Shown here piece by piece: positions 18,309-26,242 of a DNA stretch of 64,000 bases (the stretch's first letter is position 1; each line of letters begins with the position of its first letter). The DNA is taken from contig JBBTSI010000003.1 of NCBI GenBank assembly GCA_038064735.1, forward strand, positions 90,525 to 154,524, in the 5' to 3' direction. The notes beneath the pieces were generated by a model that saw only the letters and a list, made by a program, of their open reading frames with translations, did not search any database and had not been told where the DNA came from. The translations under genes and the position numbers were made by a program. The stretch comes from Patescibacteria group bacterium (GTDB lineage Bacteria > Patescibacteriota > Minisyncoccia > Phycocordibacterales > WO2-35-19).

Positions 18309-18317
18309 AAAAATTAA

Positions 18318-18647
18318 TTATTTAATTCTAAAGGTGTCATCTTTTTGATCAGTAAGTCTGTAAATTATTGTAGTCATATACAATATGATTGCTGTATAAA
18401 ATATAATTGTCACAATCAATTCAATAGTCGTAATTGATAATCCAATGTCTGTATATAATCCATATTTATAATAAATAGTATCAACAGCAATAAAAGTGAG
18501 CAAAAAGGGAGCAGACAAAATATCAAGATAAAAATAATTGGCATAATCTAATTTTCCAATATCTATTAAGAAAAAAGAAATAATAGGTATAATAGTTAAA
18601 CATAGGAAAATAATAAGAAAATTATTTTTGAGTTTTAGAAATTGCAT
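18318..18647 (-). CDS. Hypothetical membrane protein
   Basis: Three hydrophobic helices; no family recognised. Confidence 0.4.
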   Translation of the reverse strand: MQFLKLKNNFLIIFLCLTIIPIISFFLIDIGKLDYANYFYLDILSAPFLLTFIAVDTIYYKYGLYTDIGLSITTIELIVTIIFYTAIILYMTTIIYRLTDQKDDTFRIK

Positions 18648-18684
18648 AAATTAATAATATCATATTTTGTGTTATAATTGTCAT

Positions 18685-19722
18685 ATGCAAAACTTGGTTA
18701 TTGTTATTTTAGCTTTGGGGCTTGTGGGGGCGATTTTTGCCTTGCTTCGCAAAAAGGAAAATAAAGCCGATGATACGGGTTTCAAACTTATCCTTCAGCA
18801 AATCAATGAACTTAACAGGACAGTGGACGCTAAGATTGGTGAAAATTCTAGACAGACTAATGAGACTATCAAAACTCAGCTTGGTGAATCAGCCAATTTG
18901 ATTAGAGAAGTGACCAAGGGTTTGACTAAACTTGATGAGACTAATAAACAGGTAGTTTCTTTTGCTGACCAGCTTCAAAACTTACAAGACATTTTGAAAA
19001 ATCCGAAACAGAGGGGGATTTTGGGTGAATATTATTTGGAAACTTTGCTTAAAAATGTTTTGGCGCCGGCTCAATTTCAAATGCAATATACTTTTGGGAA
19101 TGGCGAGATTGTGGATGCCGTGGTTTTCGTCAAAGATAAAATTATCCCTATTGATTCCAAATTTTCCCTTGAAAATTACAATCGTATGACGGAGACTAAA
19201 GATCCTGCCGAAAAAGATAGGCTGGAAAAAGTTTTCATAAACGATTTGAAATTACGCATTACCGAGACTTCAAAATATATTCGTCCTGCCGAAAATACGA
19301 TGGATTTCGCTTTTATGTTTATACCGCATGAGGCTATTTATTATGATTTGCTTATAAATAAAATCGGAGCAGTGGCTGAAGATACAGAAAATCTGATTCA
19401 AAGAGCGGCAGGTAAATATAAGGTGATCATTGTTTCCCCGACTTCATTCTTGGCATATCTTCAGACCGTCCTGCAAGGGCTTAAAGCGATGCAAATAGAA
19501 GAGACGGCCAAAGATATCATCAAGCGGGTAGGGGAGCTGGGTACACATCTCAAAAAATATGAAGAATTTCACAATAAACTGGGTAATTCTTTAGACACAG
19601 TGGTCAATCATTACAATGCGGGTAGTAAAGAATTCAAAAAAGTAGACAAAGATATAACACGTATCACCGGTAGTGCAGTTGGAATAGAAGCACCTTTGGT
19701 TGATAAGACAGAAGAAGAATAA
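18685..19722 (+). CDS. rmuC: DNA recombination protein RmuC (start at second ATG; TGTTATAAT-N6-ATG)
   Basis: N-terminal TM plus coiled coil; GEYYLETLL, IPIDSKF, FMFIPHEAIY motifs. Confidence 0.85.
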   Translation: MQNLVIVILALGLVGAIFALLRKKENKADDTGFKLILQQINELNRTVDAKIGENSRQTNETIKTQLGESANLIREVTKGLTKLDETNKQVVSFADQLQNLQDILKNPKQRGILGEYYLETLLKNVLAPAQFQMQYTFGNGEIVDAVVFVKDKIIPIDSKFSLENYNRMTETKDPAEKDRLEKVFINDLKLRITETSKYIRPAENTMDFAFMFIPHEAIYYDLLINKIGAVAEDTENLIQRAAGKYKVIIVSPTSFLAYLQTVLQGLKAMQIEETAKDIIKRVGELGTHLKKYEEFHNKLGNSLDTVVNHYNAGSKEFKKVDKDITRITGSAVGIEAPLVDKTEEE

Positions 19723-19762
19723 TTTGCAAAAAATAAGGAAATCCTGTAAAGTAGTACCTGTT

Positions 19763-20221
19763 ATGGCAGAAACAAAAACAACAAAGAAAGTAGCTCCAAA
19801 GGCCCCTGCAAAGGCCAAAAAGGCTCCTAGCAAAGAGGCAAAACCTAAGGTGGTCAAAGATACCGTTTTAACTTCAAATGGCACTTTTGCTGTGATTGAG
19901 ACTGGAGGTAAGCAATACCGAGTGGCTGTAGGAGACACCATAAAAATTGAAAAATTGAAAGAGGTCGCCTCCGCTAAAGCTACGGCGCCCAAAGAAGGCG
20001 ATGCTGTGGTTTTTGATAAAGTTCTCTTGATTGACAATGGTACAGACAGCACCGATATCGGCACTCCTTACATTGCAGGAGCCAAAGTTTCCGGCAAATT
20101 GATTGAGATTGGCCGTAATGCCAAAGTGACTGTTATCAAATACAAACAAAAAAGCCGTTACTTCAAGAAAAACGGCCACCGCCAACCTTTCTTCAAAGTT
20201 CAGATTGAAAAGATAGGATAA
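19763..20221 (+). CDS. rplU: 50S ribosomal protein L21 with Lys/Ala-rich N-terminal extension
   Basis: FAVIETGGKQYRVAVGDTIKIEKL...GHRQ; ORF-track TTG start at 19700 overlaps rmuC and is discounted. Confidence 0.85.
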   Translation: MAETKTTKKVAPKAPAKAKKAPSKEAKPKVVKDTVLTSNGTFAVIETGGKQYRVAVGDTIKIEKLKEVASAKATAPKEGDAVVFDKVLLIDNGTDSTDIGTPYIAGAKVSGKLIEIGRNAKVTVIKYKQKSRYFKKNGHRQPFFKVQIEKIG

Positions 20222-20227
20222 ATAAAA

Positions 20228-20262
20228 TTTTAAAACTGCCTCGCATAATGTGAGGCAGTTTT
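20228..20262 (+). terminator. Rho-independent terminator after rplU
   Basis: aactgcctcgcataatgtgaggcagtt hairpin followed by tttttgtttt. Confidence 0.8.
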
Positions 20263-20266
20263 TGTT

Positions 20267-20869
20267 TTAGTTAAAGAAGAAATCTTTGAAGCGGAAAAGA
20301 ATGAGAAATATTATAACAAGATACCAAACTATCAAAATTTGGATGTGGTATTTGGAAACAAAATGAAAGAATGAATTAATAAGTTCTTGTTGTTTGATTT
20401 TTAAAGAAGGAAAAGTGAAGTGGTTTTCGCGGAAATTCCAAACAGTAGTATATAGGAACAGAGGCCAAGTGACGACCCAAGTTATCATGCAATAAATACA
20501 AAGAGAGCCGATGCGATAAACACTTTCAAAGAAAAACCACATTACGAAACCCATAGCGGCAACAGTGCCTAGGTTGACTAAGAGCCAGAGTGGTTTTTTG
20601 GCGCGTCCGCCGGAAAGGAGCATTATGCCGATCGCGAGTAGCATACCGAAAGCGACAATTCCGAGAAGGGAATTAGGGAAGCCGAAGATTTCACTTTGCC
20701 AATGAGTGGCAACATTGGTGCAACTAATGAATGGGTTTATGTTGCAAGGCAGGCTGACGTTTGGGTTTTTTATAAACTCAATAATATCGACTGTCAACAC
20801 GAAAGAAGCCCAGAGGCCTATGGTACTGCCAACTATTAAAATGTAAGAAAATATTTTTTGTACGCTCAT
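20267..20869 (-). CDS. Vitamin K epoxide reductase (VKOR) family membrane protein
   Basis: Loop cysteines PCNINPFISC and CIYC (CxxC) in a multi-TM protein. Confidence 0.7.
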   Translation of the reverse strand: MSVQKIFSYILIVGSTIGLWASFVLTVDIIEFIKNPNVSLPCNINPFISCTNVATHWQSEIFGFPNSLLGIVAFGMLLAIGIMLLSGGRAKKPLWLLVNLGTVAAMGFVMWFFFESVYRIGSLCIYCMITWVVTWPLFLYTTVWNFRENHFTFPSLKIKQQELINSFFHFVSKYHIQILIVWYLVIIFLILFRFKDFFFN

Positions 20870-21513
20870 ATTCTATTTCTCAAGGCATTTTTCAAAGTAT
20901 CGCTATCAGTATACTCCAACTCACTACCCATAGAAAGTCCTTTTCCAAGGTGGGAAATTTTCACTTTATTTTTCTCCAAAGTCGGTTTCAAAAGTTTTTC
21001 TACATAGTCTGCTGTGTTTTCTCCTTCTGGGTTCCAATTAACACCCAAAATAATCTCTTTGAGATTATTTTTATTTTTTTCAATAAAATCTTTGAGATCT
21101 TTTACTCTTATTCTTTTTTCCGGTTCTTTTTCCAATATTGGTACTGAACCGCCGAGTACGAAGTAGATGCCTTTGAATCCCCCGTTTTTTTCTACCGATT
21201 CTAAATCAGCATCTCTTTGGACCAACATAAGTATTGAGTGGTCACGATTTTCGTCTGCGCAAATTTTGCATAAGTTTGTTTGTGTATTTTTTCTCTCTCC
21301 TCCTTCGCTAAAGCTTCGGCGGGACGACTGATAAAATCTTTTGCAATCTTCACACATCACTACGTCTTTTTTCAGGTCGGCGATATTTTGAGAAAGTTCT
21401 GAAAGGGTATTGTCCCCTCTAGTTAAAAGATAATAAACAAAACGACGAGCTTGTCTTGGACCAATGCCCGGAAAATTGGAAAATATTTGAATCAACTTCT
21501 CTATACTGTTCAT
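20866..21513 (-). CDS. recR: Recombination protein RecR
   Basis: HhH N-terminus FPGIGPRQARR, C4 zinc finger, Toprim domain. Confidence 0.9.
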   Translation of the reverse strand: MNSIEKLIQIFSNFPGIGPRQARRFVYYLLTRGDNTLSELSQNIADLKKDVVMCEDCKRFYQSSRRSFSEGGERKNTQTNLCKICADENRDHSILMLVQRDADLESVEKNGGFKGIYFVLGGSVPILEKEPEKRIRVKDLKDFIEKNKNNLKEIILGVNWNPEGENTADYVEKLLKPTLEKNKVKISHLGKGLSMGSELEYTDSDTLKNALRNRI

Positions 21514-21515
21514 AA

Positions 21516-22898
21516 TCAGAATTCTCTAAATTCACTTTCTGCTCCGCTAAACTGGGCTTTTTCCAAAGGCAAGAAGCAGGCTTTTTTGTCGTTGAAGAAT
21601 AAGTCAACTTTGCCGGTGGCGCCATTACGGTGTTTTTCAATCAAAATTTCAGCGATGTTAGTTTTCTCGGCTTCATCAGTGGTGCCTTTATTTTTATCTT
21701 CGCGGTGGATGAACATCACTACGTCGGCGTCCTGCTCTATAGAACCGGAATCTCTAAGGTCTGATAGTTTGGGTTTGCCACCACGTTGCTCCACGGCGCG
21801 GGAAAGCTGGGAGAGAGCGAGCACAGGTACTTCAAGTTCCCTAGCCAAATTTTTGAGCGATCTGGAAATTTCGGTTACTTGGTTGACCATAGAGTCATAA
21901 TTTTTGGTAGTCATGATAAGTTGTAAATAATCAACTACGATGAGTCCCAAACCTTTTTCATTTTTAAGTCTTCTAGCCACTGAACGCATTTTCAAAATAT
22001 TATTACCAGGTTGGTCATCTATGAAAATCGGCGCTTTGGAGAGAGTATCTAGAGATTGGCGGATAGCTGAAAAATCATCTTCCCTGATGCCTTTGCCGGT
22101 GCGGAGTTTCCAGGCATCCACGTTTGATTGGCTCGCTAACATACGGTCTACGAGTTGCTGAGAGCTCATTTCCAGCGAGAAAATGCCGACAGGGACGTTG
22201 TGATAAACGGCAGCTTGTCGGGCAATGTCGAGAGCGAGGGCGGTTTTACCAACTGAAGGACGAGCGGCCAAAATGATAAGGTCGGATTTTTGCAAACCAG
22301 AAAGTTTTTCATCAAGTTCTTTAAATCCTGTCGGTACTCCACGCAAACCGTCTCCGGAATTGTGCAGTTTATCAAGCCTTTCCCATGCTTCATCCAACTC
22401 CCCTTTGAGTTCTACAAATTTATGAATACTTGAAATATTGGTGACGTCATAAATTCTTTTTTGAGCTTGGTCCAAAAGTTCTTCTAATTCGGAAGCTTCA
22501 TCATAACCGAGAGAGGAAATAAAATCTGCCGCTCCGATGAGGTTGCGGGCAATAAATTTCTTTTGGATTATTTGGGCATAATAAGTGGCGTTGGCGGCTG
22601 AAGGTACCGAGTTGACTAGTTCGCCGAGATAAGTGTTACCGCCAATTTCTTCTAGCATGTTTTTTTCTTTGAGACGGGCCGAGACGGTGAGCATATCAGT
22701 AGGGTTTCTTTTGGCAAAAAGATCCATCATGGTTTCAAAAATGATGCGATGTTTTTCGGAATAAAAAGAAGCGGGGGAGACTAGGTCTGTAATTTCAAAC
22801 ATCACTTCCGGTCGAAGCATCACCGAACCAAGGAGAGCTCTTTCGGCTTCGGTGTTGTTGGGCGGAATCCTCAAATAGTTTTTTTTGTTGTCTGACAT
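21516..22898 (-). CDS. dnaB: Replicative DNA helicase DnaB
   Basis: N-terminal DnaB domain plus RecA-like ARPSVGKT Walker A. Confidence 0.92.
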   Translation of the reverse strand: MSDNKKNYLRIPPNNTEAERALLGSVMLRPEVMFEITDLVSPASFYSEKHRIIFETMMDLFAKRNPTDMLTVSARLKEKNMLEEIGGNTYLGELVNSVPSAANATYYAQIIQKKFIARNLIGAADFISSLGYDEASELEELLDQAQKRIYDVTNISSIHKFVELKGELDEAWERLDKLHNSGDGLRGVPTGFKELDEKLSGLQKSDLIILAARPSVGKTALALDIARQAAVYHNVPVGIFSLEMSSQQLVDRMLASQSNVDAWKLRTGKGIREDDFSAIRQSLDTLSKAPIFIDDQPGNNILKMRSVARRLKNEKGLGLIVVDYLQLIMTTKNYDSMVNQVTEISRSLKNLARELEVPVLALSQLSRAVEQRGGKPKLSDLRDSGSIEQDADVVMFIHREDKNKGTTDEAEKTNIAEILIEKHRNGATGKVDLFFNDKKACFLPLEKAQFSGAESEFREF

Positions 22899-22964
22899 GT
22901 TTCAATAATAACTAAAATCAAGCAACCTTCAAACTTCCAAAAAGGGATAAGGTGTGTTCAATAA

Positions 22965-23903
22965 GTGGAAAACAATTTTTGTGGTATAATGTTTGTAATT
23001 ATGGCAACAGTTTATACAAATCAAAGTTCAAATGTCGCCAAAACCTATTTGCTTATGGGTTTATTTTTGGTTGTAATTGTGGGACTTGGTTATTTTATTT
23101 CGGCTTATTATGGCAATCCAGGGCTTCTTTACATCGCTATTATTTTTAGTGTCGTGATGAATATTGCAAGCTTTTGGTGGTCTGACAAAATAGTGCTTGC
23201 TATGTCAAAAGCCAAGCCAGCCAAAAGAGAAGAATATTTTGATCTATATACTGTGACCGAAAATCTTTCCATTACTGCCGGACTGCCGATGCCCAGAGTT
23301 TATGTGATTGATGACCCAGCACCCAACGCTTTCGCTACTGGTCGCAACAAAGAGCACGCGGTGGTTTGCACTACTACCGGACTTTTGCAAAAACTAGATA
23401 GACAAGAACTTGAAGGAGTGATTGCTCACGAACTTTCTCACATTGGTAATCGTGATATTTTACTTATGAGTGCGGTGGTGGTGCTCGTGGGTTTCGTTTC
23501 TATTATTTCTGATATGTTTTTGAGAGCTTCCTTTTTTGGTGGCAACCGAGATAATGACAGAGGTAGTGTTGGTAATGTTTTAGCAATCATTGGGATTATT
23601 TTTATCGTGCTCTCACCTATCATCGCGACTCTTATCAAAATGGCTATTTCCCGCAGGAGAGAATATTTAGCAGATAGCTCAGGAGTACTCCTCACTCGTT
23701 ATCCGGAAGGTTTAGCCAAAGCCCTTGAAAAAATCTCTAGCTACAATATGCCGATGAAAGTGGCTAGCAACGCTACGGCTCATCTTTTTATTTCTAACCC
23801 TATGCCGGTCAAAAAAAATATTTCTGGTGAATCTATTTCCAATTTGTTTAACACTCACCCACCAATTGCCGAACGCATCAAACTTTTGCGTGAAATGATA
23901 TAA
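22965..23903 (+). CDS. htpX: Zinc metalloprotease HtpX (M48 family)
   Basis: HELSHIGNRD HExxH motif, four TM segments. Confidence 0.85.
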   Translation: MENNFCGIMFVIMATVYTNQSSNVAKTYLLMGLFLVVIVGLGYFISAYYGNPGLLYIAIIFSVVMNIASFWWSDKIVLAMSKAKPAKREEYFDLYTVTENLSITAGLPMPRVYVIDDPAPNAFATGRNKEHAVVCTTTGLLQKLDRQELEGVIAHELSHIGNRDILLMSAVVVLVGFVSIISDMFLRASFFGGNRDNDRGSVGNVLAIIGIIFIVLSPIIATLIKMAISRRREYLADSSGVLLTRYPEGLAKALEKISSYNMPMKVASNATAHLFISNPMPVKKNISGESISNLFNTHPPIAERIKLLREMI

Positions 23904-23912
23904 AATAAAAAT

Positions 23913-24515
23913 ATGAACGAAGAAGAAAACAAAGAAACTTTACTCTCACGCATAGCCGAGCTCGAAGAGCAGGTTCATGATCTTGAAAAAGATCTCGTCC
24001 ATGATCATCTTACAGGACTAAAAACCAGAGTCTTTTTTGAAGAAGAATCAAAAATTTATTTGAGTATGATGAACAGTATAATTTCTAGCAATAGAAAAGA
24101 GTGGTTTGGTTTTAAACATCTTTCTTTTTTGTTTATAGATATAGATCATTTCAAAAAAATAAATGACACATATGGTCATGATACCGGTGATTTGGTTTTA
24201 AAAAAGGTGGCTGAAACGATAAAACGTAGCGTTAGGACAGGTGATACGGTAGCTCGTTGGGGCGGAGAAGAAATAGCTTCTTCTCTTTTGGGTGCTGATT
24301 TAAATGATGCTAAAGCTAAAGCTGAAAAAGTAAGAAAAAATATAGAGAAGCTTGAGTTTAATCAAGCCTCTGATATCAAGGTTACGGTAAGTATCGGAGT
24401 AGTTTCCTCCGAAGTTTCGTCAAATTTTGAAGAACTTATCAAAAAAGCGGATGAAGCTATGTATCAATCTAAAAACTCCGGCCGCAACAAAGTGACGGTT
24501 TACTCTAAAAATTAA
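23913..24515 (+). CDS. GGDEF-domain protein (putative diguanylate cyclase, GGEEI variant) with N-terminal coiled coil
   Basis: FIDIDHFKKINDTYGHDTGD...RWGGEEI. Confidence 0.8.
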   Translation: MNEEENKETLLSRIAELEEQVHDLEKDLVHDHLTGLKTRVFFEEESKIYLSMMNSIISSNRKEWFGFKHLSFLFIDIDHFKKINDTYGHDTGDLVLKKVAETIKRSVRTGDTVARWGGEEIASSLLGADLNDAKAKAEKVRKNIEKLEFNQASDIKVTVSIGVVSSEVSSNFEELIKKADEAMYQSKNSGRNKVTVYSKN

Positions 24516-24565
24516 AATTTTGGTGTTTCTTAAATTTTAATTTAATGTTAAATTGTCTAGGTTAA

Positions 24566-24653
24566 GGAGGGTTCGCATAGCGGTCTAGTGCGCACGCTTG
24601 GAAAGCGTGTGTGGGGCAACCCACCAAGAGTTCGAATCTCTTACCCTCCGCCA
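24566..24653 (+). tRNA. tRNA-Ser (anticodon GGA), long variable arm, encoded CCA
   Basis: Acceptor GGAGGGT/ACCCTCC, anticodon stem CACGC/GCGTG loop TTGGAAA, long variable arm, T-arm GTTCGAATC. Confidence 0.88.
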
Positions 24654-24654
24654 T

Positions 24655-25866
24655 TTATTTCAATTCCAAAAACGTATTGACGTAGTGGATGGCGAGGCCG
24701 CCAAAGTTGGGGTTGGAGTCGAAAGCAGTTTTGATTTTGGCAGTTTCTTTATTGAGTTTGTTTTGAGAGGTACCATAAAAAGTGATGTAAGGAGGAGGGA
24801 AGTCGCCAGTTTCTTGAGCGATGATTATTTTGGTATTTTTGGCGTTTTTCTTGGCCGTTTTCATTTCATTTTTAGAAACTTCGATAGAACCATCTTTACC
24901 TTCAGCAAAATTTCTGTAGGACATAACGATAATAGAACTATTTTTTCTTCTATCAAGAATATTAATAAGGTGATCTAATACATAACCATTTTTGCCATTA
25001 TAAGTTAATTTTGGCGTGGCTTTATCATTCTTATCATAAAAATCAGGAATAACTACAGAGAAATGTAAATCATTTTTTGATAAGAAGTATTCTGATTTAT
25101 CTATAAGACTTAAGAAATTTTTAAGTATTGTTGCAGGATCATTTTTGTAAGTTTCCAAAAGATATGGCTCTACATCATATTGAAAACCGCGGAATTTTTC
25201 CGTGTGGTTTGCATTGAAATTTTTCACAAAATTTAGGATAGCGAAAGCTTTGTATTCATTACCCTCTTCGGCCCAATTTTGCCAGCCGGCTTCAGCATCA
25301 ACCGCGATACCTTTTTCGTTGGCTCTTTTGATGAAGTTTGCCAGTATGTTTTCAAATTTTTCTTTTTGAATTTCTTTTTCTGTTCCCTCTTGCATCACAA
25401 AAATATCAAGATATGAATCTATGGAAATATAAATTGTGTCCATTCTGTTTTTTTCAGCTCCAGAAAGAACCGACTCCATATACGACGGTGTCAATCTAAA
25501 TATGGGTGTCCATATCCAACTTCCATATTCTTTTTCCATTTTAGGTTTAGTTGTGAAAAAACTCGCAGCAAAAAATTTAACCGCATCTATAACTGAGGCC
25601 AACTGTCTTGTAAGAATCGGTTTGTTTTTGGGTACAGGTGCAAAAGTGATATTTCTGAATTGGAGATTTGTTGCTATTGCATTTTGGGTTATGTTTTGAT
25701 TTGAATAAGTGGCAATTTTAAAATCTGTAACATTGCTATGTGCGATAGTTTTTTCATTCATATTAAAAACAAAAATAGAAACCAGAGCGGTAAATATAAT
25801 AACAGCAATTATTGCCGGTATTGATTTGGTCAATTTATTTTTAATTATATTTTTTTTACGAGCCAT
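24655..25866 (-). CDS. Membrane-anchored extracytoplasmic protein, possibly glycoside-hydrolase-like; function unknown
   Basis: N-terminal TM then 370-aa domain; no confident family. Confidence 0.5.
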   Translation of the reverse strand: MARKKNIIKNKLTKSIPAIIAVIIFTALVSIFVFNMNEKTIAHSNVTDFKIATYSNQNITQNAIATNLQFRNITFAPVPKNKPILTRQLASVIDAVKFFAASFFTTKPKMEKEYGSWIWTPIFRLTPSYMESVLSGAEKNRMDTIYISIDSYLDIFVMQEGTEKEIQKEKFENILANFIKRANEKGIAVDAEAGWQNWAEEGNEYKAFAILNFVKNFNANHTEKFRGFQYDVEPYLLETYKNDPATILKNFLSLIDKSEYFLSKNDLHFSVVIPDFYDKNDKATPKLTYNGKNGYVLDHLINILDRRKNSSIIVMSYRNFAEGKDGSIEVSKNEMKTAKKNAKNTKIIIAQETGDFPPPYITFYGTSQNKLNKETAKIKTAFDSNPNFGGLAIHYVNTFLELK

Positions 25867-25958
25867 TGGTTACATTATAACTTAAAGATATACTAAGGCA
25901 TATATTAATGTGTGGAATTTCGATTGATATTAGAACAAGAATTTGATAGATTTTAAGG

Positions 25959-26031
25959 GCGCGGTTAGCTCAGTTGGTAGAGCGCGTCATTGACGTTGAC
26001 GATGCCAGAGGTTCGAGTCCTCTACCGCGCA
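25959..26031 (+). tRNA. tRNA-Val (anticodon GAC)
   Basis: Acceptor GCGCGGT/ACCGCGC, D-arm GCTC-AGTTGGTA-GAGC, anticodon stem CGTCA/TGACG loop TTGACGT, T-arm AGAGG-TTCGAGT-CCTCT. Confidence 0.9.
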
Positions 26032-26242
26032 CCCTTTTAAAAGGACAAAGTTGCTAAATGGTAATTTTGTCTTTTTCTATTTTACTATGTTTTTTGAGGT
26101 TTTTTTGGTATTTTGGCCTTTATTAGGGTGTTGCGTGTATTATTTAATGTATTTTTAATGTTTTTGGTGTTAAATTGTATATTAGCAACATTTTTAAGTT
26201 AATATGGTAGGTTTTATTATTAGTTAAATTAAATATTTTTAT

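Noticed and set aside
19700-19762. TTG start for rplU overlapping rmuC
   Set aside because: It would overlap the end of rmuC with no SD. ATG 19763 gives an L21 with the usual N-terminal Lys/Ala extension.
24598-24978. ORF 24598..24978 (+)
   Set aside because: It starts inside tRNA-Ser and is antisense to the better 403-aa ORF on the minus strand.
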